Shown: in pieces, positions 38,173 through 49,720 of the stretch | Layout of the letters: every line of letters starts with the position of its first letter | Numbering within the stretch: position 1 is the stretch's first letter | DNA from: Camelus ferus | Lineage: Eukaryota | Reading direction: 5' to 3' | Assembly: GCF_009834535.1 (NCBI RefSeq) | Contig: NC_045696.1 | Coordinates: forward strand, 9,116,001-9,180,000 | DNA: 64,000 bases | Notes under the pieces: generated by a model | Databases searched by the model: none | What the model was told of the DNA's origin: nothing | The model's input: only the letters and a program-made list of their open reading frames with translations | Program-made: the position numbers and the translations under genes

Positions 38173-38662
38173 TGTTACCGAGTTCAAATTCATACTGCTC
38201 GCTACATGATAAGCTGATAGATCCAGAGACGTGTTATTGGGGCAAGGAATAGTGACTTATTCAGAAAGCCAGTAGACTGAGAAGGTGGTAGACTAGTGTC
38301 CCAAAGAACCATCTTGCCTGAGTTAGAATTCAGGCTTCTTTTACACTAAAAGGGGAGGGAGTAAAGTTAAACATTTCCTGGTTCCAGTCAGTTTCCGGAG
38401 GTGATGTGTTGATTTCTTCCTTCCTGCAGTCCTGCAGTCCCAGGTAGGCTGGTCAAGATGTTTCCTGTGAGCTAAACAAAGGTATTTTAGCTTAACATTC
38501 ACTACCTGGAAGGCAAGGTTCCCAGAGATGGGCCATTATGTATAATTTAGGTTTATAAGCAAAATCCCTTTAGTGATTAACTTGTAGCAAAAGCAATAGA
38601 ATGCAAAGGTTAAAGTAAAAGAAACAAATCCAATACAGAGTTATTTATTCTTCCTTATTACA
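38173..38662 (-). mobile_element. ERV1-class solo LTR, probably MER41-like (cetartiodactyl subfamily)
   Basis: 490 bp bounded by TGT...ACA; the minus strand has a degenerate TATA (TGTAAAAG), a degenerate polyA signal (AATAAG) and a ...CTCGGTAACA U5 end. No clean TSD seen. Family name from memory of the consensus. Confidence 0.75.
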
Positions 38663-39149
38663 AGCAAAGGCATGAATATGGTGATTATTCTAGAATGTTG
38701 ACTATGTGAATGACTCAAAGGTCTTCAATCCATCATCCTATTACAGAAAAAGGATGTCAAGAAAGCCCAGGTCAGATGCTAAACAGAGTATTCCTTTAAT
38801 GGTACCCAGGGAGTGGCATCATGCTTCAGAGATGCAAGAAGTACACAGGGACACAGAGCCCAGGACCCCACAGGTGCTTAAGAAGACAGGTCTTTAAGGG
38901 AGCCTCCCTCCCATCTTCCCCGGCTCTCCAGCATTGTGACTTTAGATCAAGGAAGCATTGATTTTCCAAAGACAAGTGAGCTCCTGGCTTGTTCCAGGTA
39001 AGGACACTGTGTGTGCTGAACTCTTCCTATTTCACAAGCCACCCTGGCTTCTGGCTTCCTGTCACACTTATATTTCCTGCCATTTATCCCTAATTTTCCA
39101 GGGAGTTGTGTGAGCATTTATAATTGATAATTATCATGCTTAGTGCACC

Positions 39150-39320
39150 ATAATACTTTTCATCTTCAAAGCAGTCAGCAAATGTGAGCAAACCCTCGTA
39201 ACACCTGAGTTGGTCAAGTAAGCATTTTTATTCCCTGTTTGGCACCTGGATGCTGTGAAGCTCTGAGGAGGACACCTGGATGAGCATAATGTCCCAAAGC
39301 CCAGATGCACGGTGCCAGCT
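39150..39320 (-). mobile_element. MIR SINE
   Basis: accctcgtaacacctgagttggtcaagtaagcatttttattccctgttt...gctgtgaagctctgaggagg...gtcccaaagccc. Confidence 0.55.
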
Positions 39321-40974
39321 TCTTTCCAGTGTCACCTTCCCCAGCAGCCTCTTCCAAAACACCATCTTTTCAAACAAGAACAGTATGGGGACCTGTCCTG
39401 GTGGCCCAGGCTGTGCTCTGCAACCTGCTGTCCTGCCACGGGGACATCGTTCATTTTTAAGCTCATTCTTCACAGCAAGCCTGGTGGGCAACTTCAAAGC
39501 TGAGGAAAAAGAGCAAGTTTTTTGGAAGTAATTTTGTAAGCTGTGAGGGTTGAGATATTCGATGTAGTAATATACCCTGCATGGTACTGTGTAGATGAGA
39601 GAGAATAAGGAGAAATTTGGGACAGTGAGGCCAAAGGTTCTAGCAACTTGGACCCACCTCGTTCAGTGTCCTGGCATCTTGGAACCACAGACCACGAGTG
39701 AGGTCGCTACCCATCCTGGCGTGAGAACACAAACTCACAAAGCCGTGTCTAGCGTGTGTCGTAAAAACAACATTCATGGTCGGCAAGTGGGTGACAAACA
39801 GGATCGCCCAAGAATTTGACACTGCGTAGACAAAATGGTCTGGTAATCACGTTTTCACTTAGTGGCTATATGTTTATGAAATTGTCGATGTAAAAGGGTC
39901 TTTAGAAAACCCAAGGACTTGAAGTTGTCCGGCATCAACTTCACCAAAAACTGAATACTTTTCTACCCACTTACATTACTATTCTATGAGTTTGTGATTT
40001 TCCCCCAGTTGACTTTTCAGATGAGAAAATTTTTGACTTTGTATTTTCAGGAAAATGCTGCCAATGGAAACCATCCTAACTAGAAAATCTCTCTCTGCTT
40101 GGGTTGCAGGAAGACGTACAATGACTCTCCCTGTAGTTAAGGTCCGGCACCTTAAGCCATTAAAGACCCTCTCACCCCACCTCTGTACCTGCTCACTTTA
40201 GGGCTTAATACTGTGTCCAAAACCACCTGTCATCTCCCCTCCAAAAAAAAAAAAAAAAAAAAAAAGGGAGAAAAAAAATACCTCTTCTGTTGAATTTCAC
40301 TTCACAAACACAACGATTTATCACAAATGTGCTGTTTTGTTTCGACTGTTAGTTGACTTTATTTTTCTACTTTTGTTTGCATATGCATGAGGGGAAAAAA
40401 ACGTTATTTGAACTAAAAGAAATTTGAGCCAAACTCCTCCTGACAGTTACCCTGGTTGGAGTACAGTTGACTTCTTGCCTCCTCTGGAAAAGCAACCGAA
40501 TGTTCCCAGTAGTTCCTTAATGCAATTACTTGATTAGAGAAAGGCATTCCATGGCCTGACCACGACAGGAATATGCAATATAGCTGTCAATAGTTTTCCA
40601 GCAGAGCTTCAGGCATGGTGGTCACCCTCCAACCACATTTGTATGTGCTCATTAATGTGTCTCCATCAAGGCTTAAAAAATTCACCTCCGTAAAGCCTGG
40701 GAGTCTTTAGGGATTTGGCTGATAGGAAGATGACCTTCTCCTTCATCTGTTTGCAGGTTGTTATTTTGTTTCTCAATATGCGCCACATGACAGCCATTTG
40801 CCTCAGCCCTCCATTTAAGTCAAATCAGGTTACATTCAGTATGCCTGCCCTCCTAGCTTCCTCGGAGGCCAGAGTGACAAGCCCGAGAAAGGGCAAAGCC
40901 TTCTCCTTCTTTCCCCTTCATGGGCTTGCCCAGCTTTGCTGTGTAAATTAGACTCTTACCAAAGGGTTTGCTAA

Positions 40975-41420
40975 TGACAAAAGTAATTGCTCCCATTCAC
41001 TGAGTCCTTACCCCACGCCAGGTACTGTTCTGTGCTGTGTTCCTGAGAGCTCAGCTAATCCTCACAACCCCGAGACTGGTCATTCTCAAACTGTAGTCCG
41101 TGTAGGAATCATCTGCAGAGTTTATTAAAAACCCAGACTTCCAAGCCTCCCCCGGCTCTGTGAATATTTGGGTTTAGCAGCGTCTGGAGGTGTATCTGAT
41201 GGTTTGCAATTTAACAGCAGTAGGGTATTTCTGATGCAGGAGGTCTGTGCGACTGCATTTGGCAAAAGGTTGCCCTAGGAAGTAGGTACAACTATTATTG
41301 CTACTTTATAGGTAAAAAAAGTGGGGGGCTTGAAGAGGGGAGGAGACTTGCCCAAGCTTACTCAGGAATCAGACCAAGCCTATATTACGCCAACTCCAGA
41401 TTCTATGCTCCTAATCAAAG
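40975..41420 (-). mobile_element. MIR SINE split by a MER5-like insertion
   Basis: Antisense MIR (cattcactgagtccttac...gctaatcctcacaaccc) stops at about 41075 and resumes at about 41275 (ccctaggaagtaggtacaactattatt...gacttgcccaag). Confidence 0.7.
41076..41272. mobile_element. hAT-Charlie MER5-like DNA transposon
   Basis: ctggtcattctcaaactgtag...gaatcatctgcagagtttattaaaaa...tgcaatttaaca...ggtatttctgatgcagg...tttggcaaaaggttg. Confidence 0.7.
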
Positions 41421-41489
41421 GTGCACCAACTTTTGCTTATTTTATGAAGGACTGACATTGATTTGCCTGCCAAGGGAAAATGTCAGGGT

Positions 41490-41875
41490 CAGGGTACCTA
41501 ACTCTAGCTGACATTACAAATTGTTCCCAAGTTCCGATGTCTTCATACAGCCAAGGCTTATTTGTTTCTCTTGAAAAGACTGATGGTGTAAGGGTACCTC
41601 ATCTACAAGGATCTCCTCCAGCCAGTGACTAAGGGCTCCAGGCTGCTTCCACCTGGTAGCTGTGCCATCTGGAATACAAGATCCAACGTCACCATGTCAC
41701 CACAATGGGGAGAGAGAGGGCTGGATGGTCACCTAGGACACTGTTGGGTCCCAACACGGAAGGGTCATGTCCATCTGCATCACATTGGCCACAGTTCAGC
41801 CGGTTAGCCGCAGTCTAACCATGCGGGAGGCTGAGGAAGGAGTAGGATCACATTGACGTTTACTGAACACCCGCA
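41490..41875 (-). mobile_element. Old MaLR LTR (MLT1L/M-like)
   Basis: gtgactaagggctccaggctgcttccacctggtagctgtgccatctggaa...catctgcatcacattggccacagttcag. Confidence 0.55.
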
Positions 41876-42072
41876 TGAGTGATCTGAGACCTGCCCGATC
41901 TCCTGAAGCTCCCCTAGTTGCAGTAACTGCTGAAGACTGGAGTCTTGTTCCTCATTCCTTCTGCTTTCTGCTCCTTGTGTCTCTTGCCTTTCATGCTCAC
42001 TTCCAGCATGACTCCTGCAATGAAACTGTTAGCAAATTACCCCTCCACAGATAGCAAAGTGTAAAAAGCATC

Positions 42073-42440
42073 TGTCTTAGTCAGCCCGGGCTGCTATAAC
42101 AAAATACCCTAGACTGGGGGTTTAAAGGACAGACACTTGTTTCTTACAGTTCTGGAGGCTGAGAAGTTCAAGATCAGGATGCCAGCATGGCCGGGCTCTG
42201 GTGGAGACTCTCCTCCTAGCTTGCAGACAGCTGCCTTCCTGCTGTGTCTTCATGTCACGGGAAGAGAGAAAGAGAAATCTCTCTGGTCTATTCTTACCAG
42301 GGCACTAATCCTACCATGAGGACCCCACCCTCATGAGCTCATCTAAACCCTATTACCTTCCAAAGGCTCCACCTCCTAATACTTACACATTGGGGGTTAG
42401 CATATGAGTTTGGGGGAACACAAACATCTAGCCCCAAACA
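42073..42440 (-). mobile_element. MLT1A0-like solo LTR, full length
   Basis: Starts tgtcttagtcagcccgggctgctataacaaaatac and ends ...ccccaaaca; 5-bp TSD gcatc (42068-42072) vs tcatc (42441-42445). Confidence 0.92.
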
Positions 42441-43079
42441 TCATCCCAGAATGGATCTTATATAAACGGCATTTCCCCTCTCATTTTCTCCTCCCACCTC
42501 AAAGACAGCTATTTAACGCAGCCCTGAAAATGTGAACTGAATCTTATTTATAAAATTCTTTTTTTTTCTTAATCATAGCCAAATGTATACAGGAGAACTA
42601 CCTTTTCTATAGCTTAAAATGTTGCCTCTTTAGTGGTAAATGTTTGACATAAGGGACTTGAATGAGCCGATAGACCATATCCCAAATGACACACAAGAAC
42701 TTGCTATTTGGTTTACATTGGGGTCCAAGAACAAGGTTCACAATGGATGGACAATGCTTTGCTGAAAACGTCAATAAAATTATTTCTGAAATACGAATGC
42801 CATTTGTTACAACAAATTTGCCATCACTTAAACTTGACTTCTCATTCTCCAGGCTTTTACTTAATGAATTTGCTCTTCTCTTATCTCCCTCCATCCAAGG
42901 GGCAAGAGCATTTCCAGATACCCTCCTTTTAGCAGAATTAATTTCCTCTTTCTCTGAGATGTTCCCCTACCGGGTTTATACTTTTATTAGATCAAATCGT
43001 ATTCATAACATACTCTAGTGAGTTGTGGATTTGTCTTTCCTAGAGGCCAATAAACGTGTTTTATTCAGCTCTCCTATAC

Positions 43080-43545
43080 TGCATCAGTTAGAAATTGCTT
43101 TTAGAGACTAGAAGAAAGGAGTGGCTTACACAAGATAAAAGTTGATGTCTTTCACCAGGTAATTCCTATGTAAGTAGCTGAAGGCAGACCTGGCAGCTCC
43201 ATCATGTCATCAGGGATCTAGGTTCCTTATGTCTTTCTTCTCCATCATGCTTAACACTTGGCTTCCATTCTCAAGGATGCCTCATGATCCAGAATGGCAA
43301 CCAGAACTCCAGACATCAAACCCACACTCCAGTCAGAGGGAGGCAGGGAGGGTGAGAGTGCCCTTTAAAGAGGTTCCTGGACATCCAGTCTAGAATGTCA
43401 GAATGTAGTCACATGGCTGCTTCTCTGCCAAAAAAAGATGAGGCATGGCATTTTTTTTTTTTTTTTTACCTAAACACATCTCTGCCTTCAACAAAGCTGG
43501 GACTCTTTCTAAAGAAGGAAGGGGAATAGATATTGGGTACCACAC
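43080..43545 (-). mobile_element. MLT1J-like LTR
   Basis: gtggcttacacaagataaaag...ggcagctccatcatgtcatcagggatctagg...ctaaagaaggaaggggaatagatattgggta. Confidence 0.8.
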
Positions 43546-43759
43546 AAATGTTGTAGAAAGCAGGCACTTGTCAAAGCTTGTTGGACTAAATTATGTTCAG
43601 TTGGGCAGAAGAATAATGCTACAAAGCATACATTTTTTAAACTGCCAAAAACAGAGGCTCCATGAATGAGCCATTATAGCTTTAACACAGCCTCGAGTCA
43701 GTGCTTTGTGCTTTTCAGATTTAAAAGTGAAAAATAGCAGTGGCCTTATACCTCCGTTG

Positions 43760-44190
43760 GAAGAGCAGCTGGGTTATGGCAGGAAGATCACACGCTCTTG
43801 AGTAGAGACTCCTGGGACTGAGCCCAGCGTGATCAGTTACAGCCTGTGTGATCCGTCAAATTGCATCACTCTATTGAGCCTCTCATCTGAACAATGGGGA
43901 TAAAAAGACCTTCTTCATGGTATGAGGCTATAACTAATTAGGAACAAATGAAGCAATAGAGCATATGAGAAATACCTGCTAACACCAGCATCAAGGATTT
44001 TCAGTAAACAGAACAGGATGGATTTGAGGATAAAGACCTACTACAGCCTTAGGACATGTTAAACCTCTCAGAGCTCAGTTCCTTTTTCTGTAAAATGAGG
44101 ACATTGTTTTTTAACCTTCCAGTGTGGTGAGGACTAGATAATAATGAGATAATTACAAACAAAAAGCTTAGATGTCATCAAGCAGTTACA
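43760..44190 (+). mobile_element. Two tandem MIR fragments
   Basis: ctcatctgaacaatggggataaaa and catgttaaacctctcagagctcagttcctttttctgtaaaatgagg are MIR cores. Confidence 0.7.
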
Positions 44191-45399
44191 AACTCACCGT
44201 ACACTCACCCCTTCGGAACAGGGACTCTCTGGTCCATGCCAGATTCGAATGACTCAGAAGCGCCTAAGTGACCCCAGGTTGGGAGTCTCAGGCAACTAGC
44301 CTGATGCTAAGCCAGATCCACATTTTTTTAACAGACATTCTCATGTTCAAAAAAAAATTACAGTTTGTTAGCAAGACACAAAAGAAATTCCACAGCGCTT
44401 CTCGGGTTAAGTGACAGGGCCACTTTGGTGGGACTGGTGTCCCTCTCCTAGCTGACCTGGAGAATTCACTACAGGGTGTCTTCAAAACATCTGAGCCACC
44501 TGTGTCAAGTCCCTTTGGTGAGATGAGTTAAAGAATCCCCAACTGCGAGGAGGTGCCGAACACTTGGCAACACCATAAAACACAAATACCTTGTCACTGC
44601 TCTCTGGAGGCTGTTGACAAATTGTTTCTAAGGTCTTTTGCAGCCAACTTCATAATGAGCTATTGCAGAGCGAAGCAGCAGGTAGTTCTGTAATCATTTA
44701 TTACATGGCAATAAAGGATTTATAAACAGAACTTTAATTATATTTTCTAGGATTCTACAGGATGTTAGCGCCCCCCGTACCCCATGCTGGAAGTTAGTGC
44801 AAAGAGGGACACCTGTGGAGAACAGGGTGGGAAATCTTGGGGGACTGTCTTAGGACTCTGCCTACCACAGATGCTCTAGAAAATGCTACTAAATCATCAT
44901 ATAATCATATGCATAATTAATTATTACTGAAGCTCATACTTACAAGTACTTGAATTTTTTTTTTGCAGAACACAATTGCATTTCAGTATTTCCTCAGTGC
45001 AATTTCCTTCCTATAATTTCTATGCATCTATGTTTAATTTCTGTTATTCACAGTATAGTTTTAAAAATAAGATTAGTTTTGAATACCAAAAAAATAAAAT
45101 GAGTGGTGAATTTTAAACTACGTGTAATGAGGCAATTCTGAGACCCTGGACAATCACTTAACTTCACGCCACTCTTTCTCCTTCCTAAACCGAGAGGCTG
45201 AGACCAGATAATAATGTCTAATAATGCTCTGGGCAGTTTATAAGCAATAATAACAATCATTTAATTTTACCTCAGTTTGCTACAAGATCGCTGAGGTCCC
45301 TTAGTGTTATAAAATTCTGGGATCCTCTAAGGCCAGGAGAGCAGGGATTCTATAGCCCTGAGCACAAGATGCCAATACCAGTGTCATTCACTGGTGTCC

Positions 45400-45555
45400 G
45401 GTGCGTTCAGAGGGACCTGACCTCGGTTTCCCTGGAAGAGCTATAAGCTCCTTGAAGGAGGGGAGGTCCTCATATTTTATTCATCTTTGTGCCCTCAGGG
45501 CCCAGCTTGATACTTACCAGAAAGGATGTGACCAATAAATATTAGTGATTGGTTG
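45400..45555 (+). mobile_element. L2 3' tail
   Basis: ctataagctccttgaaggagggg...ttattcatctttgtgccctcagggcccagc...caataaatattagtgattgg. Confidence 0.7.
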
Positions 45556-45796
45556 GCTAGAAAAAGCGGGGTGACAACCCTGAGATGCCCCTTCTCCATT
45601 CCATGGCGGGCTGTGACAGACTCCCAGAAGAGGTCTTACTGGCCTTTTCTCTCAATGGTTGTGGATGTTTTGCCTCCCCTATGGTTCTCTCCAGAATTGG
45701 GCTGTCTTCCTGGCTTTGCGCTAATGGGCAATCACACCTGGGGAGGCCAGCCCAGGGAACAAATTTCTCTTTCCTCAGTCCATTGGCTGTTTACAC

Positions 45797-45881
45797 TTTT
45801 TTTCCAGTGGAGATACTGGGGATTAAACCCAGGATCTCACGCATGCCAAGCATATACTGTACCAGTGAGCTAGACCCTCCC
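45797..45881 (-). mobile_element. tRNA-Ala-derived SINE (camelid vic-1 type)
   Basis: Reverse complement GGAGGGTCTAGCTCACTGGTACAGTATATGCTTGGCATGCGTGAGATCCTGGGTTTAATCCCCAGTATCTCCA plus A tail; diverged tRNA-Ala(AGC)-like body. Confidence 0.85.
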
Positions 45882-47572
45882 TTTTGGATGGGTACATTTT
45901 TTAAATGTCACCTTTACCAGTTCCCAGCCAAAGTTTTCCACCCAGCTTCACTGGGATGAAGGTTCCATCTCTCTTTTCATTATGGAAAATATATTTTAAA
46001 AAACACACGTGACTTCCTTTAGGGAAATTCACATTACAGTTCTGCAGCGGGAGAGCATGAATTCAAGAAGACGGAGGTGACTATTTTTAAATCTGACCAT
46101 TAGTAAAACCCTCCCAGGTGAACCCCAAAAGTCAGCTCATGGGAATATTCAAACTAATTGCTATCCCGATATTGGTTGTTGAAAAGAAAGGCTGTGTGTG
46201 TGTTGTTCAGTTCACGTCTCCACTTTTAGGTCAAACGGAACTACAACCTCACAAATATTTGCTCACCCCTGTCCTCCAGATCTCCAGAAAAGCCCCATCG
46301 TGTTGCCTGGGGGAGGGGAGGGCGGGCACAGAGAAGTAGTGCATAAATAAATGGACATCCTCAGGTAGGAAACTCTGCATAGTCCCTTGTGGCCTGGGGT
46401 CTGCTCTGGGTTCCAGCTGCCCAGGGAGCCGGTCCTTGGCAACGGGGAAATTAGAGGGCTCATCACTGTGTCCACAAGGCCACCTCAGTCCCCTGCGCCA
46501 CCTCACAGCCCAGAGTGAAAGTCTGGGACCCGTGGCCCCATCACTTCAAGCCTGGGCCCCGGGTCACTTAAGCAGAGCCTGTGGGGCCTCCTCTGAGAAA
46601 TATGCCTCCCAGAGCCTTTTAGAACAATTCTTGTGGCAGGAAACACCGGGAGGGTGAGTTCACATGAACAAAATGCAAGTCCCTCTCGGTTGAGGTGGAG
46701 CTCGAGGGGCTTGATTCTCTTGCACGAGGCCCTGGGCTGGCCTCGTGAGGGAAAATGAGGTCATATCAGCCCCGTCTGGGGCCATCGTGGAAGAGGCCTT
46801 GCTGTCCTGGTTTTGCTTATGGCCCCCTTTTTAATGTATATGAAGAAGTGAATTTTTAAAACAGATAAGCAGTCTACCTCTAAAGATAAAATACCAGCCT
46901 CATTTCGAAAGCGAAACCATAAAAGGATTTTTTTCAATTAACTTCTGGGTGGGAGGGAGGGGATGAGGCTGACAACCAGAGGGAGAAGGAACAGCAAACG
47001 AAAACCCCCAGGAGGGGAGTGACTGACTGCACATTGGAGTCGAGGCCTTCGATGTCGGTTGGTAGAAGAGGTGAAATGTCCACAGAGACACTTACCTTCC
47101 AAACATGAGCCAAGAGCCACATGCTCCACAAGAACTTTTTATAAAGACTCCAGAGCAAAGGCTTCTGGGAAAGGCTAGAGCCCAAGAGTGAGTTTATGTG
47201 CAGCACAACTGTTGGTCCCTTCAGACAGTGGACAGGCCCCTAAGGGAGGAAGCTAAAAACTGCCGTGGAGGAAATTAAGGAGCCGTGCATCATTTACCAC
47301 AATATACAGGGCTTCTGTGGAAAGTGCTCCTACCACCAGAGAAACAGCAGCAGATTCCTGACGTCTGTAGGATCCCTGTATAAACCCACCAGGGGGAAAA
47401 AATAGACAAAAATAAGACACGAACTGACTTACAACGATAATAATTTCCACTTTCAGGAAATCAGTGAAGTTTCAGCACATTCACTTGTATTTATACTGAA
47501 AAGTTTAAGATTATTCAGCCATTAAATTGAGAATGTGCATGCAGGCGAGTATCTTTATTCTAAAAGCTGCCC

Positions 47573-47703
47573 CTGGGGTTGGGGGGGATGGGTAGAGCTC
47601 AGTGTAGAGTGCGTGCTTGGCGTGCACGAGGTCCTAAGTTCAATCCTCAGTGTCTCCATTAAAAGAAAAACAAAATAAAACAAACAAACAAAAAAGAAAC
47701 AAT
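47573..47703 (+). mobile_element. tRNA-Ala-derived SINE (camelid vic-1 type) with A-rich tail and TSD
   Basis: gagctcagtgtagagtgcgtgcttggcgtgcacgaggtcctaagttcaatcctcagtgtctcca plus A tail; TSD aaaagctgccc (47562-47572) vs aaaagccgccc (47704-47714). Confidence 0.92.
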
Positions 47704-48559
47704 AAAAGCCGCCCTATCTAGAAGCTCTATAAAAAGTCATCAATCTGAGCGGTAGGTTGACAAATAGATACATGCTTACATAGGACACCTGTCAACATAT
47801 CTGAGAGTGATGGTGGCCCAAAGAATCTGCAACTTTACCCTGCAATGTTTTTCCAACTAACATTTATTAAATCCCAGCTGTGGGCAAAAGAATATGTTAG
47901 GTGTTATCACAAAGAATAAAATTCAGGCTCCCATTCGAAAATCGCACATTCTATTTGACAAGACGACACATGTAAAATAAGAGAGTGTACTAAGTGGGCT
48001 AATTGAGGTACTCGCAAGGCACCGGGTGTGGTCAGAGGAGAGCCTGGGTCCAAGGAAGACCTTGGAAGAGGCCCTTTTTAAGCCAGTGGTCCTTAGAGGA
48101 TGCACTGGCTTGGCCAGGGTGGGGAGAGCTCACTGCTTACAGACTGAGGGAGCAGCCAGCGTAGTGCGTGTGGCCAGGCCTGAAACAGAAGAGCTTGTCT
48201 CCTCTCTGGAGCTCAGGAGACGTGTGAAACCCACACTGTAGAGTCCTGTTGGGGCTCATCAGTGCCTCTGAGATGACTGGGAGAGTCTGGGGACAGCTGG
48301 GAGGTCACAGGCCAAACTCGTTTCTGACTGCCACCCATGTCTGCCCGCCACCAGGTGACCCTGGCCAGAAGGACTCTTATATAACCAGCTTTCAGAGCTG
48401 AAGCCCTTGCTAAATAAACCTCTGCTCTCCTCAGCCACTTCCTACGCTGACTGGTCAGTCACATTTTTCTGTATGATATGATACCACAGCCACCTTTGTA
48501 TCTGCAGTGCATTAACCAAGTCAAGCTATGGGAAAGTGCAATGCTTTATTCCGATTTTC

Positions 48560-49720
48560 AGAGCATCGCCAAAGGGAGGAGGCTTTGTGGGGAACATGAC
48601 GATGGAACTGGGACTGGAAGGATGACAAGGGCAGAAATGTGAGAAGGAGGGGGTTCCGAGCAGCTGGAAGAACAGAGAGAAAGGGGCAGAGAGACGAATG
48701 TCACATGTGATTTGGACCCATCACCAAGTCCCCGGGGTTTGAAGGACAGGGTTATCTATTTGAGGAAGAGCCAAGAAAATGAATTTAGGGGTCAGAACAC
48801 AATAAAGCATTTTTGAAGAAAGAAATATCACAGTGATATAATTTCTTTGGAAAGATTAGCCTAGAGACCTCATGAGACATGAAGACATTGGAGACCAGGA
48901 AGTGACTGGAGTTCAGGAGACCAGTTCATAGAGGGAATCCATGAGGGACTGGATGGAGGTGGTGGCAGGACAAGCCAAGAGGTGAGACATAGCACTAGAC
49001 ATTGTGAGCATAGGACTGACAGAATTGGGCAACCAACGGAGAAGGAGAACCCACATCTATGATTACATGGGCAGCTGGGAAAACAGAATGCCATGTCCAA
49101 ACCAGAAAGTCTGGAAGAGAAGATTGTTAGGAAGAAGGAGTCAGTGAGTTTCTTTTGGGATACATTGTGTTCCAAAGCTCATCAAGAGATGAGGTGTCTA
49201 GCTAACAAGTAGAGAGAGGACTGGAGTTTAAGAAGGCAAGTCTGGAGGAAGAGATTTGATAGTCACTTCCATCTATACAATAGCTGAAGCTCAGGGAAGG
49301 GTGCACACAGAGAGAAAAGCAAGCCTTAAAGAATTCTTCCATTGGGGGCAAGAGCAAAGGAGAGTGAGGGAACTGTCAGAGGAGTAAAGAGAGTCCTGGC
49401 TGCTGTGGTGTCAAGGATATACCAAGGGTAGAGGGTGCTGTCAAGGGCGTTGCAGAGAAGTCTAGAAGGGAAGAATTGAATCAGCAACTGTTGACACTGG
49501 TGACATTTGAGAAAGCAATTTCAGGAGAGCAGTGGGAGTAAAAAACAGGTTGCTGGGCTGGGAAGTGAGGAGATGGTGAGAATGTGGAGGTGGAAGGTGA
49601 GAGCACTTTTGTAGGGGACCTGGCAGAGAAGTAGAGTAAGGAAAATGCACTCTCAAAGGATGTAGGTAGTGAGGTCAAGGGAAGGTGGCTGACACACCCA
49701 CTGGGCAAGCCTGAGCCTGT
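48560..49720 (-). mobile_element. Long degenerate L2 fragment including an RT-domain remnant
   Basis: Purine-rich antisense L2 text; the minus-frame peptide HFPAQQPVFYSHCSPEIAFSNVTS aligns with the LINE RT motif '[22 protein letters not shown]'. Confidence 0.7.

Noticed and set aside
47573..47660. Possible tRNA-Ala gene
   Set aside because: Degenerate A/B boxes and stems, with an A-rich tail and TSD, indicate a SINE; the same applies to 45797-45881.
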